From Candidatus Blautia intestinigallinarum (GTDB lineage: Bacteria > Bacillota > Clostridia > Lachnospirales > Lachnospiraceae), in contig DXIX01000029.1 in assembly GCA_019112635.1 (NCBI GenBank), positions 18,642 to 82,641 of the forward strand: DNA of 64,000 nt, given 5' to 3'. The notes under the pieces are model-generated. The model was not told where the DNA came from. It did no database searches and saw nothing but the letters and a program-made list of their open reading frames with translations. The translations under genes and the position numbers were made by a program. The stretch's first letter is position 1; each line of letters begins with the position of its first letter. Of this stretch, positions 31,295-41,176 are shown piece by piece.

Positions 31295-31324
31295 TTTTTA
31301 AACCCCCATTATTCTTTTTATATC

Positions 31325-31374
31325 GCACGATGCATCATGCATCAATTATAAAAAAATGAATCCACTCTTGTCAA
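31325..31374 (-). promoter_or_regulatory. MFS promoter with operator (copy 3)
   Basis: Minus-strand TTGACA (31369-74), 18 bp, TATAAT (31345-50); GCACGATGCATCATGC at 31325-31340, 4 bp downstream of the -10. Confidence 0.85.
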
Positions 31375-31394
31375 GGTAATACGATTATCAATTC

Positions 31395-32303
31395 TTATTT
31401 GTTGCTCACGATGCAGGCAAGAATCAGAGAATTAAACTTCTCCTCCTCAGAAGAACCGCGGGAAGTGAGCACGATCGGACACTTTGCTCCCATGATTAAT
31501 CCTGCCATCTTCGCATGAGCCATCTCTGTCAGGCTCTTTCCCAGCATATTTCCGGCATGTACATTGGGAACCAGAAGAATGTCCGCATCACCGGCACAGG
31601 GGCTCTCATATCCCTTGGTCACAGAACGTTCTTTCACCATCGCCAGGTCAAAGGAGATCGGTCCTTCCACGATACATCCAGTCAGTTCTCCTTTCTGGTT
31701 CATCTCCTTCAACGCCACTCCATCCATGGACTCCGGCATCTTGGGATTCGGTGTCTCAGACGCTGCCAGGACACACACCTTGGGATTCTCATATCCCAGT
31801 CTGTGGAGAACCTCAACCGCATTTTCAATGATCTGCTTCTTCTGCTCCAAAGTCGGATAAGGAAGCATTCCGCCATCTGTCGTGATCACCAGTTTATGAT
31901 AAGAAGGAATCTCCGTGAGCGCCACATGGCTCATCACTTTGCCTTTGCCAAGGCCTGTCTCCTTGTTGACAACCGGACGCAGCATCTGAGCAGTCTCAAG
32001 CTTGCCCTTCATCAGGAAATCCGCTTTTCCCTCACGGATCAGCTTCACTCCCTCCGTAGCCGCTTCTTCCGGTGTCTGAGCATCCAGAATCTGCTCATCC
32101 CGGACATTGACGCCAAGGTGAGCTGCTGTCTCTTTGATCGCCTCACGGTTTCCGATCAAAATCGCGTCAATCAATCCTTTTTCTACCACTTCTGCCACGG
32201 CACCGAGGGCGTGGTCATCTTCTGCTCTGACCAAGGCTACTGTTTTTTTATTTGCTTTGGGATCAACCAGAGCCAAAAGTTCTTCAAACTTTTTGAAAAC
32301 CAT
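31395..32303 (-). CDS. ptb: Phosphate butyryltransferase family, second paralog
   Basis: Collinear with and highly similar to 18538-19443. Confidence 0.92.
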   Translation of the reverse strand: MVFKKFEELLALVDPKANKKTVALVRAEDDHALGAVAEVVEKGLIDAILIGNREAIKETAAHLGVNVRDEQILDAQTPEEAATEGVKLIREGKADFLMKGKLETAQMLRPVVNKETGLGKGKVMSHVALTEIPSYHKLVITTDGGMLPYPTLEQKKQIIENAVEVLHRLGYENPKVCVLAASETPNPKMPESMDGVALKEMNQKGELTGCIVEGPISFDLAMVKERSVTKGYESPCAGDADILLVPNVHAGNMLGKSLTEMAHAKMAGLIMGAKCPIVLTSRGSSEEEKFNSLILACIVSNK

Positions 32304-32385
32304 AAAAAAATACCTCCTCTTTGTCTATTTTTACCAGTATAACATGAGAAGGTATTTTTTGTATAGTATATTTTTAACTATTTTT

Positions 32386-32751
32386 TTATAAATCGGGCAC
32401 GATTTCGATCCAATAGCCATCCGGGTCCGTGATGAAGTAGATTCCCATCGCCGGATTCTCAAAAACAATACATCCCATCTTCTGATGTTTTTCATGGTAT
32501 GCATCGTACTCATCCGTGGTAAACGCAAGATGGAACTCATTTTCTCCCAGATTATAGGGCTCGCTGCGGTCCTTCAGCCAGGTCAGTTCCAGAGTAAAAT
32601 CTGAATGCCCGTCCCCAAGGTAAACCAGTTTGAACGATCCGTCTTCCGCATTCTTCTCCCGCACTGGAGTCAGTCCCAGTGCCTCCTTATAAAAGGTGAT
32701 GCTTTTTTCAAGATCCAGCACATTAAAATTAAAATGATTAAAACTCAGCAT
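32386..32751 (-). CDS. gloA: Glyoxalase I / VOC family protein
   Basis: H...NV.DLEKS..FY, LELTW, YNLG..HLAF and DPDGYWIE motifs. Confidence 0.8.
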   Translation of the reverse strand: MLSFNHFNFNVLDLEKSITFYKEALGLTPVREKNAEDGSFKLVYLGDGHSDFTLELTWLKDRSEPYNLGENEFHLAFTTDEYDAYHEKHQKMGCIVFENPAMGIYFITDPDGYWIEIVPDL

Positions 32752-33956
32752 GATTTTTCCTCCTGTAATTCACGCAGATCCTCAATGAGAGGACGGCGCA
32801 CTTTCTTTCTTGTTGCCTCCACAATCTTCAGCTTGGTGAAATCAATCGCCGTGGCTCGGATGGGATCTTTTTTTAGATACTTCTGCAATACGTGGAAGAG
32901 CTCATCTTCATAGACCGGATTCTCCATACTGATGAAATCAATCAGAATAGACCCGGAAAGATTTCGCAGCCGAAGCTGACAGGCAATCTCCGCGGCAGCC
33001 TCCAGATTGATCTTCCGGTATGTCTCCTCTGCTTTTTTCTTATTCACATACTTGCCGGAATTCACATCGACGGACACAAAAGCCTCTGTCTGCTGAATGA
33101 CCAGAAAACCTCCGCTTTTTAACCAGATCTTCTCCTGCTGTATCTGCCGGATTACAGACTCCAGCTGGTACAGCTTATAAAGCGGAAGCAAAGAATCTTC
33201 ATAGAGACGAAGCTGGCAGCTCCCGCTGATTCTCTGTACCTGATCCAGCGTCTTCAGCTTCTGGTACAGGGAAGGGACGTCTGTGACGATCTCTGTGAGT
33301 CCCTCGGTGTAAGTGTTTCTGAGAACCTTCTGATAGAAAGGTTCTGCCTCATAGAGAAGACTGAAGCAGGTACGGCTCCTGCCATATTGGAGTACCTGAT
33401 CCATCTTCTCTTTAAGCTCCTGGAATTCCTTCAGAATCTGCTTGGGCTTTCCGCTCCTGGCGTTGGTGCGCACGATGATTCCAAACGTTCCGTCCATCAC
33501 CGGCGTCAGAAGTTCGCGAAGCCAATTCTTATCATAGCTGATCAGCTTCGAAGAAAAGGAAATCTGGCTTCCATCGGTGGTGAGAACCAGATATGTTCCC
33601 GTAAAATTCAACCGTGTTGTCACACTGGGAACCTTCCCTTTCATAGCTTCTTTTGACACCTGAACCAGAATCTGATCCCCAGGTGCGATCTTGGAATGCC
33701 GGTAAGGCTGCGCATAGATTGCAGTACTCTCCTCTTTCAGAGAATAGTAACAGGTCAGTCCATTCTGGATCATGATAAAAGCGGAATGGATGTTTGGGAT
33801 GACCCGCTGAACCTGTCCCACATAGATATTTCCCAGAATATTCGGCCGGTGTTCCGATGTGAACTGAATCTCCCGGATCCGGTCTTCCTCCTCCAGTGCA
33901 CTGACCGCACAGGGAACCCCGTGGATCTGCATATTTGTAAAAAGTAATTTACTCAA
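32745..33956 (-). CDS. rng: Ribonuclease E/G family
   Basis: GNIYVG S1 domain; VQVSKE, LKSGG, DVNSG, RLRNLSG and IDFI motifs. Confidence 0.9.
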   Translation of the reverse strand: MSKLLFTNMQIHGVPCAVSALEEEDRIREIQFTSEHRPNILGNIYVGQVQRVIPNIHSAFIMIQNGLTCYYSLKEESTAIYAQPYRHSKIAPGDQILVQVSKEAMKGKVPSVTTRLNFTGTYLVLTTDGSQISFSSKLISYDKNWLRELLTPVMDGTFGIIVRTNARSGKPKQILKEFQELKEKMDQVLQYGRSRTCFSLLYEAEPFYQKVLRNTYTEGLTEIVTDVPSLYQKLKTLDQVQRISGSCQLRLYEDSLLPLYKLYQLESVIRQIQQEKIWLKSGGFLVIQQTEAFVSVDVNSGKYVNKKKAEETYRKINLEAAAEIACQLRLRNLSGSILIDFISMENPVYEDELFHVLQKYLKKDPIRATAIDFTKLKIVEATRKKVRRPLIEDLRELQEEKSC

Positions 33957-34659
33957 TTCTCTCTCCTAAATCTGCCAGAGGAACAAATCGATGAAGATTT
34001 TCCTCCTGGGCAAGGTCTGCGTAAAGTTCGCAGCGGTGTATCTGGTATGGATACTGTTCGGGCGAAATGTCCGCATAGGCAAAGAAGTTCTCCAGAACCA
34101 GTTCCGGTTTCGTGTAATTGCGGCTGGCAGCAGACAGTCGCATAAAGATTCCCTGATTGGACAGACGCATTTCATGGATGTTCGGGCGAAGATCCACCGA
34201 TTTCTCATTACGTTTCGTCTTCTTCGTCACAGGGATTTCTTTCTGGGCGAGGAAACTGCAGATCTTCTCGGACCACCATTCCTCTGGCCTTTGCTCACCG
34301 CAGAATGTGATCTCATAATCAGCAGCCTCAACCAGAGACATGGCCTTGCTGGCCTTGCCGTCTTCCACTTTCCGGGCACAGAGAATCCGGATCCCCTCTA
34401 CCATAGTTTCATTCAGACGTCTCTCAATCTCATCGGTGGAGACTTCTTCTGTGAACTGAACATCGAAGTATTCCCCGCTGCTGGTGACTCCCACGCCAAG
34501 AGGGGAAGCGAAGGACATGATAATATGAGGACTGAATCCCTCACTGTATGCCACCGGAAGTCCGGCCCGGCGCAGTGCCTTCTGAAAATAGCGCATCGTG
34601 TCCAGATGTCCGATGAACTTCAGATAACCCTCTTTTGAAAATTTAATTCTGACCTTCAT
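33949..34659 (-). CDS. Radical SAM-associated protein (TIGR03936/DUF2344-like)
   Basis: FIGHLD and YSEGFSPH...PLGVG..S.GEY motifs; directly after the radical SAM gene. Confidence 0.88.
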   Translation of the reverse strand: MKVRIKFSKEGYLKFIGHLDTMRYFQKALRRAGLPVAYSEGFSPHIIMSFASPLGVGVTSSGEYFDVQFTEEVSTDEIERRLNETMVEGIRILCARKVEDGKASKAMSLVEAADYEITFCGEQRPEEWWSEKICSFLAQKEIPVTKKTKRNEKSVDLRPNIHEMRLSNQGIFMRLSAASRNYTKPELVLENFFAYADISPEQYPYQIHRCELYADLAQEENLHRFVPLADLGERIE

Positions 34660-36508
34660 AGCAGACACCTCCTTGATAACGTTTCGCTCCGCATCCGGAG
34701 CAGTCCATCCGGCAGTTCGGCGTGACTTTTCCTTCCTGCGCCCGCTCCCACTCACGGATCAGGAATTTCTTAGTCACTCCTGCGTCGATGAAATCCCAGG
34801 GAAGCAGTTCGTCCGTGGAACGCTCTCTGAGTGTATAGAAGTCAAGGGAAATCCCGGTCTCCTCAAAGGCCTCTATCCAGATGTTCTGATGGAACGTCTC
34901 AGACCAGGCGTCATACAGAGCCCCCTTTTCATAAGCCCGGCGGATCACCTGGGCAGCCCGGCGGTCTCCTCTGCCCAGAAATCCTTCCAGTATGGTCACA
35001 TCTGCCTCATGCCAGCTGTAATGAATGCTTCTCTGATTCAGCTGGGCACGGATCTCCTCTTTTACGACCTTCGCCTTTCCCTCGAAATCCTTCTGGGAAA
35101 ACATGGACGCCCACTGGAACGGGGTAAATGGTTTCGGCACAAAAAAGGAAGTACTCACATTGACCTGGACTTTTCCTTTTCTCTGATCTTTGGGAATCTC
35201 ATAGTATTCTTCCGCGATTTTCTCAGCCAGATGAGCGATTCCTTTCATATCCTCTTCCGTCTCCGTGGGAAGCCCCAACATAAAATACAGCTTAACCTTA
35301 TTCCAGCCTCCCTGAAAAGCAGTTCGGGCTCCCTGGAGAATGTCTTCCTCCGTCAGTCCTTTGTTGATAACATCCCGAAGTCTCTGGGAACCCGCCTCGG
35401 GAGCGAATGTCAGGCTGCTCTTGCGGACATCCTGAACTTTTCCCATCACATCCAGGGCAAAAGAATCAATCCGAAGGGATGGAAGGGAGATATTCACCTT
35501 CTGGTCCGCACATTCATCAATCAGAAAATCCACCAGTTCTCTCAACTGGGAATAATCGCTGGAACTTAAGGAACTCAAAGAAATCTCATCATACCCTGTA
35601 TTTTCCAGCATCTGGCGGGCATAATTCTTCAGCACTTCCACATCTTTTTCCCTGGTGGGGCGGTATATCATTCCGGCCTGGCAGAAACGGCATCCCCGGA
35701 TACATCCTCTTTGAATCTCCAGTGTCACCCGGTCCTGAACCGCACGGATAAAGGGAACCACCGGCTTGGTGGGATACACGGAAGTATCCAGATCCATCAC
35801 AACCTGTTTTTCCACCTTCTCAGGCACTCCCGGACGGGTCGGTGAAAAGGATGCCAAAGTTCCATCCTCATGGTAGGAAGCCTGGTAGAACCGGGGAACG
35901 TAGATTCCCGGAATCGCTGCCGCCTTGAGCAGGAACTCCTCTCTGGAACCTCCCTCCTTCTTATTGGCAAGATAGAGATCAAAGAGCTCATCGTAACGAA
36001 TCTCTCCCTCTCCGATATAAAACAGATCAAAGAATTCCGCAATCGGTTCCGGATTGTAGACACAAGGCCCTCCCCCGATAACAATCGGACAGTCCTCGCC
36101 CCTCTCTGTGGCTGTCAAGGGAATTTGACTTAAGTCCAAAATCTGGAGAATATTGGTATAACACATTTCGTACTGGATGGTGATTCCCAGAAAATCGAAA
36201 TCCTTCACCGGATCCTGAGATTCCAGGGCGAAAAGGGGAATCTTCTCCTGACGCATCAAAGCATCCAGATCTGTCCAGGGCGAAAAGACCCTCTCACACC
36301 ACACATCCTCCCTTTGATTGAACATGTGGCAGAGAATCTGCATTCCCAGGTGGGACATTCCAATTTCATACACGTCCGGAAAGGCCATGGCAAAACGGAT
36401 AGAAACCTTTTCGGGATCTTTCATAACCGCATTGACCTCACCTCCGATATAACGGGCAGGTTTGTCTACCTTCAATAATATTTCATCATTTAAAGCTAGT
36501 TTTCTCAT
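34643..36508 (-). CDS. B12-binding radical SAM protein (TIGR03960-like)
   Basis: KPARYIGGE, FPDVYEIGMS, CIRGCRFC, APEAGSQRLR and KPFTPFQW motifs. Confidence 0.9.
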   Translation of the reverse strand: MRKLALNDEILLKVDKPARYIGGEVNAVMKDPEKVSIRFAMAFPDVYEIGMSHLGMQILCHMFNQREDVWCERVFSPWTDLDALMRQEKIPLFALESQDPVKDFDFLGITIQYEMCYTNILQILDLSQIPLTATERGEDCPIVIGGGPCVYNPEPIAEFFDLFYIGEGEIRYDELFDLYLANKKEGGSREEFLLKAAAIPGIYVPRFYQASYHEDGTLASFSPTRPGVPEKVEKQVVMDLDTSVYPTKPVVPFIRAVQDRVTLEIQRGCIRGCRFCQAGMIYRPTREKDVEVLKNYARQMLENTGYDEISLSSLSSSDYSQLRELVDFLIDECADQKVNISLPSLRIDSFALDVMGKVQDVRKSSLTFAPEAGSQRLRDVINKGLTEEDILQGARTAFQGGWNKVKLYFMLGLPTETEEDMKGIAHLAEKIAEEYYEIPKDQRKGKVQVNVSTSFFVPKPFTPFQWASMFSQKDFEGKAKVVKEEIRAQLNQRSIHYSWHEADVTILEGFLGRGDRRAAQVIRRAYEKGALYDAWSETFHQNIWIEAFEETGISLDFYTLRERSTDELLPWDFIDAGVTKKFLIREWERAQEGKVTPNCRMDCSGCGAKRYQGGVCYEGQN

Positions 36509-36704
36509 AAAACCCTCTCTTTTTACTATGTAATCACTACTTTACAACAAATTCTATTAGCCCGTATTATGATACAGTCCGTGCTATTATATACCTTGTG
36601 CAGAAAAACTTCAAGCAAATAAATCTACTTATTCCCTTATATTATAACACCGGCAGAAATTTCACTTTCTGCGTGAATTTCTCCCGGTATTTCTTTCTCG
36701 GCAA

Positions 36705-36990
36705 TTATTTTATTTCTTTACGAAGCTTCTCTATTTCTTCTTCCGTTAATCCACTGACTTCTCTGAGCAGTTTCATTTCCGCTCCGGCCTGCAGCAGCGC
36801 AAAAAGCATTTCACGTCTTCCTTGTTCGCGTCCCTCTTCCCGTCCTTCTTCTTTCAGGCGTTCTAATGCAGTACACATATTCATACCTCCTTGACTTGCA
36901 AGCGCTTCTTGAACAAGCAGATCGCTGTCTGTCATGACTCCGATCATTGCTCCCACATCCGAGTCTACAATTTTTTCTCCTAAAGTTGTA
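36705..36990 (-). pseudogene. C-terminal remnant of an Rpn (YhgA-like PD-(D/E)XK) gene; retains an intact internal ORF 36878-36705 (57 aa) with AAGGAGG RBS
   Basis: GGMNMCTALERLKEEGREEGREQGRRE...SGLTEEEI is the typical Rpn C-terminal pattern; no nuclease N-terminus is present. Confidence 0.65.
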
Positions 36991-37000
36991 CAAAACCAAG

Positions 37001-37369
37001 TCAAATTTCGTTTTTCTTCTCGCGGAAGGTTTCGTTTTCCCTCTCTTCTTTCTTCTCTTCCCGAATCTCCCAATGTATCAAAAAGGACAGAGCAGCCCGC
37101 AGGGCAATAATTCCCGCCACAATGGCAATCTCGCTCCACTGACGCACCACCACCGTGCGCAGGATCTCGCTTCCCATCTTAAATTCCAGGCCCATGGCCA
37201 GTCCTTTTGCCAGGCAGATTCTGGTATCCCGGTCATGGCGGATCCACTTGATGGTTCCCATGATTCCACTGGCCACGATCACAGCCACACCCACGAACTC
37301 GAATACCAGAATTCCCAGATTCACCACATGCTCCAATAAAAACTCCAGAATCATCTCGATCTGTTCCAT
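37001..37369 (-). CDS. DUF1622-like membrane protein
   Basis: LA.GLEF..G.EILRT...I..R..LS..I.WEI pattern. Confidence 0.8.
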   Translation of the reverse strand: MEQIEMILEFLLEHVVNLGILVFEFVGVAVIVASGIMGTIKWIRHDRDTRICLAKGLAMGLEFKMGSEILRTVVVRQWSEIAIVAGIIALRAALSFLIHWEIREEKKEERENETFREKKNEI

Positions 37370-37523
37370 ATCATATCCTCACTTTTCTTTATTTAAGACC
37401 TGCTCGCAAGCCTTTGCAGAGAGCCTTACCCTGTTTGACAATCCGGCAGCCAACACAGCTGCCTTTCTTTCCTCATTTTCCCCTTGCATCCATACTTTTA
37501 TGTGACAAGGAGGAAACGTTGTC

Positions 37524-38900
37524 TCAGGCCGTATGAACCGGCTTTCCCCGGTGCTTCTCCAGGCCGTGAATCCAATCTGATTTCAGGAAATAGATCAAAA
37601 ATACGACCGAACTTAAGAACCAGGTCAACGGGTAGGCCCAGAAAATCACCCGGATGTTCGGAATCCACCGGACAATCACGGAAATGTATCCCACACGGAT
37701 CACGCACCAGCAAATCATCATGACGAACATGGGCACCACCGATCTGCCTGCCCCTCTCAGGATTCCTGCCATACAGTGGGAGAAAGCCAGCAGAAAATAA
37801 AACCAGGTAACGGTTCTGGCCCAGGCCACACCGTAGCTGACTGCCTCCTGTCCTCCGCCGAAGGCACCGATCAGCCATGGGGAAAACAGGTTGATGCAAA
37901 GGGCAATGAATTCTGCCACACACAGGGAACAGACCGCACCGATCACAGCTCCTTTCTTCGCCCTCTCATATTTTCTCGCCCCAAGATTCTGACTGGTGAA
38001 CGTGGTGAGCGCCAGAGCGAAGCAGGTGACCGGAAGGAAACCGAACCCTTCGATCTTGGAATAGGATCCACAGCCTGCAACCGCCGTAGCACCAAAGGCA
38101 TTGATATTGGACTGTACAAACACATTTGCCACCGATATAATGGAATTTTGCACCCCGGCCGGAACACCGTTCACCACGATCTGCCAGAGCATTCCCCAGT
38201 CACCCCGGACATCCCGAAGGCGGAGGCGGAACACTTCATTTCCCTTCATCAGCTGAAACAGACACAGAAAGGCGCTTAGAAACTGAGAGAGAATAGTCGC
38301 GAAAGCGGCAGCCCACACGCCCAGTCCCAAACCTCCCACAAACAGAAGATCCAGCGCAATGTTCGTCAAAGAGGAAATAATCAGAAAATAGAGCGGATGC
38401 CGGCTGTCTCCCATCGCCTGCAGAATTCCCACAAAAAAGTTATAAATCACAAAAGCCAGGGAGCCTGCGAAATATACCTGAAAATAATCCAGGGACTGGG
38501 ACAGTACTTCCTGAGGCGTACCCATGAGAATCAGAATCTTCGGCGCAGCCACAATGCCGACCACCGTCAGAAGAATGCCGCAGGCAATTCCAAACAAAAT
38601 CGTTGTATGAATGGATTTTCTCAGATTCTCCTGATCCCCGGCGCCGAAATATTTTCCTGTCACCACACCGGCACCGATGGAAATCCCATTAAAAAATCCA
38701 ACCAGCAGAAAGATCAGATTTCCCGATGAACTGACCGCCGCCAGCGCATTATTTCCAAGAAAATTGCCGACGATCAGAGAGTCCGCCGTATTGTATAATT
38801 GCTGAAACAGATTTCCCCAGAACAGGGGAACTGCGAAGGCAATCAGCCGTCGCCAAATCGGCCCCTCCGTCATCAAAGTTGCCGTCGATGTTTTTGCCAT
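37524..38900 (-). CDS. MATE family efflux transporter
   Basis: P...GNLFQQLYNTAD, GDSR.PL, NI.LD and SQNLGA motifs. Confidence 0.93.
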   Translation of the reverse strand: MAKTSTATLMTEGPIWRRLIAFAVPLFWGNLFQQLYNTADSLIVGNFLGNNALAAVSSSGNLIFLLVGFFNGISIGAGVVTGKYFGAGDQENLRKSIHTTILFGIACGILLTVVGIVAAPKILILMGTPQEVLSQSLDYFQVYFAGSLAFVIYNFFVGILQAMGDSRHPLYFLIISSLTNIALDLLFVGGLGLGVWAAAFATILSQFLSAFLCLFQLMKGNEVFRLRLRDVRGDWGMLWQIVVNGVPAGVQNSIISVANVFVQSNINAFGATAVAGCGSYSKIEGFGFLPVTCFALALTTFTSQNLGARKYERAKKGAVIGAVCSLCVAEFIALCINLFSPWLIGAFGGGQEAVSYGVAWARTVTWFYFLLAFSHCMAGILRGAGRSVVPMFVMMICWCVIRVGYISVIVRWIPNIRVIFWAYPLTWFLSSVVFLIYFLKSDWIHGLEKHRGKPVHTA

Positions 38901-39077
38901 CTTAAAAACCCCCAATAATCGGTTCTTCGACCGAAATTTCTCCATAGTATAAATATTATAGCCCCGATGACAGAATGTTTAAATAGATTTTGACAAATTT
39001 TTTTCATTCAAAAAAAGAAATCCCCCCTGTCTTTGTACCCGGACAGGGAGGATCTATGTAAGAAAATTTTAATTTAC

Positions 39078-39848
39078 TTATTTTTCCTGAGAAATCAGAT
39101 GATACGGAAGTGTCACGAATACAATCGCGCCGATCATGTTACCCAGGCTGGCCAGCAGTACGCTGTAGCAGTACTGGCCGATGCCAATGCCGCCGTTCAC
39201 CAGGGCCACACCTTCGATACTCATGTTTGCGATACTATGCTCGAATCCACATACCATGAAGACGAAAATACACCAGAAAATCATGATCAGCTTGCCGGAT
39301 TCGGATTTCAGTTTGGTACCGCACCATACAGCCAGACATACCAGAATGTTACACAGGATTGCACGCACCAGCAATGGCAGAGGCGCATATCCCACTTTTC
39401 CCAGCGAAATCTGAGTAAAGTAAGCAGCCACATCGCCTTCTCCGGCGGTCGGGATTCCGCTCAGCTGGAACAATCCCACGAAAAGCAGAGAACCGATCAG
39501 GTTGCCAATCCAACAGAAGATCCACAACTTAATGGTGTCTCCCCAGGAAACCTTCTTGCGCAGGGAAGCTGCTGCCATCACAAAGTTATTACCGGTGAAC
39601 AGCTCCGCGCCTGCCATCACCACCAGACTGAGTGCTGACGCAAAGGCGAACGCCTGCGTGGGCTTCGTCCAGGATGCCGCATCTCCCGCGGAAATCACCT
39701 GGCCCAGCGTAAACGCCACAAAGCTGCCGAATGAAATAAACATACCAGCCACCAAAGCCGCCACGAAGTATCCCAGAGGATTCTTCTTCATCAAGTTCAC
39801 TTTGCCTGCTCCTGCATTGCAGACTGCTTGGAATTCATCCTTAAACAT
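39078..39848 (-). CDS. Formate/nitrite transporter (FNT) family
   Basis: AELFTGN, GNLIG, CNILVCLAVW, GFEHSIANM and GNMIG motifs. Confidence 0.93.
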   Translation of the reverse strand: MFKDEFQAVCNAGAGKVNLMKKNPLGYFVAALVAGMFISFGSFVAFTLGQVISAGDAASWTKPTQAFAFASALSLVVMAGAELFTGNNFVMAAASLRKKVSWGDTIKLWIFCWIGNLIGSLLFVGLFQLSGIPTAGEGDVAAYFTQISLGKVGYAPLPLLVRAILCNILVCLAVWCGTKLKSESGKLIMIFWCIFVFMVCGFEHSIANMSIEGVALVNGGIGIGQYCYSVLLASLGNMIGAIVFVTLPYHLISQEK

Positions 39849-39954
39849 AATTTTTTTCCTCCTTCATAGACCTATAGTTTTTTGCCCCTTTTCCCTTCTC
39901 CTTTTTTGCCTTTGGATCCTGTAAAAAGCTCCCCAGTTCTATGCTTTTCACAGA

Positions 39955-40066
39955 GAAAAAAAGGGCGGCATTTGAAAAGGTCCAAATGCTGCCCAGACGG
40001 TCGGCTCTTATCCAGTATCAATTCCCTTGTGGTTAGCTCCACACGATCCCGTCAATAATTGGTACC
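39955..40066 (-). ncRNA. ZMP/ZTP (pfl) riboswitch with terminator
   Basis: P1 GUACCAAUU/AAUUGAUAC; J1/2 UGACGG; P2 UGUGG..CCACA; P3 GCCGACCGUCUGGGC (GACGG/CCGUC pseudoknot); overlapping terminator GGGCAGCAUUUG..CAAAUGCCGCCC-U7. Confidence 0.92.
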
Positions 40067-40202
40067 GCTTTAACTCTGACATTAATTTAACATACTTGTC
40101 AAAGTTTGTCAACAGATTTTCTGACAATTTTTCACAACTTTCCTTCTTTTCTCAGATACTCTATCTTGCTTTCTGCCTTGTGAACCAACTTGTCACACAG
40201 TC

Positions 40203-40559
40203 TCAGCCAAGAAGTTCCTCTTTCTTCGCAAGGATCGCCTCGCACGCAGCGCAGGCAGGACAGTCACAATATTTCGCTCCTGCGTCTTTGACAGCCTGTG
40301 CATGTGCCTGTACTTCCTTCGCATTCTCTCCAAACACCTGCGCACCAGCCGGTGAACCTGCGAAAGCGATCAGCGTATCGATAGGCATAATGTCTGCTTC
40401 CACCTCAGCGATAAGCTCCTTCGTCTTCTGTGCCTCCTGATCGGTTCCCACTGCATCCAGCCAGCTCTGTGCCACAGCCTTCGCCTCCGCACAGCAGGTA
40501 GTTGCATTCATCAGTTCCTTCACTTTCTCCGTAACGTACTCTCTTACATCCTGGTTCAT
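40203..40559 (-). CDS. Small Cys-rich conserved hypothetical protein
   Basis: 118 aa; TCC near the N-terminus and CDCPACAAC at the C-terminus; AAGGA RBS. Confidence 0.75.
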   Translation of the reverse strand: MNQDVREYVTEKVKELMNATTCCAEAKAVAQSWLDAVGTDQEAQKTKELIAEVEADIMPIDTLIAFAGSPAGAQVFGENAKEVQAHAQAVKDAGAKYCDCPACAACEAILAKKEELLG

Positions 40560-40617
40560 AATTTTCCCATCCTTTCTTTTGAAAAAATAACTTTCCCGGT
40601 CTTAGTCAGGAAGATTC

Positions 40618-41064
40618 CTATCCGGGGAAATCCTCTTCATATTGCTGGAGATTTTGATGAATACGGGCCAGCATCGACTCGCACTGGGCGATCTCCTCCG
40701 GGGTAAATCCCTCATAGAAAATATCCGTCATACGGCCGGACACCGCCATGTAATCCTTCTGCAGATCCCTGGCCTTCTCCGTCAACATAAGAAGCGTCTT
40801 GCGCCGGTCCTGGGGATCCTGGGCGCGGCTGACCAGCCCGCCCTCCTCCATCCGGTCAATCATGCTGGTAAGGGTCGTGGGAGCCAGATTCGTCCGATCT
40901 GAGAGCTCCCGCAGGGAAATGTTCTCCTCCTGCCAGAGCACGTATAGAAGACGCCCCTGTGCTCCGTTGAACGCATCAATCTTCTGCTCAGCGAGAATCC
41001 GCTGGAAGATCCGATCCGAAAGTCTCTTGATCTGTGAAATGATATTGCCGCCCTTAATCTCCAT
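40618..41064 (-). CDS. MarR family regulator
   Basis: wHTH TTLT..IDRME..GLV.R and DRR motifs; AAGGAGG RBS. Confidence 0.9.
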   Translation of the reverse strand: MEIKGGNIISQIKRLSDRIFQRILAEQKIDAFNGAQGRLLYVLWQEENISLRELSDRTNLAPTTLTSMIDRMEEGGLVSRAQDPQDRRKTLLMLTEKARDLQKDYMAVSGRMTDIFYEGFTPEEIAQCESMLARIHQNLQQYEEDFPG

Positions 41065-41176
41065 CTTTCTTCCTCCTTAATCGGATTATACTATCTAGTA
41101 GTATATTTGTAAAGAAGTTTTCTGAGCTTTTAAGGAACTGTCCGGTAATCTCAAATTTTCCTGAAGACACCTTCTC

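Noticed and set aside
36705-37139. 144-aa ORF as a real full-length gene
   Set aside because: Its 5' part overlaps the DUF1622 gene out of frame. Only the 3' Rpn-like part looks protein-like.
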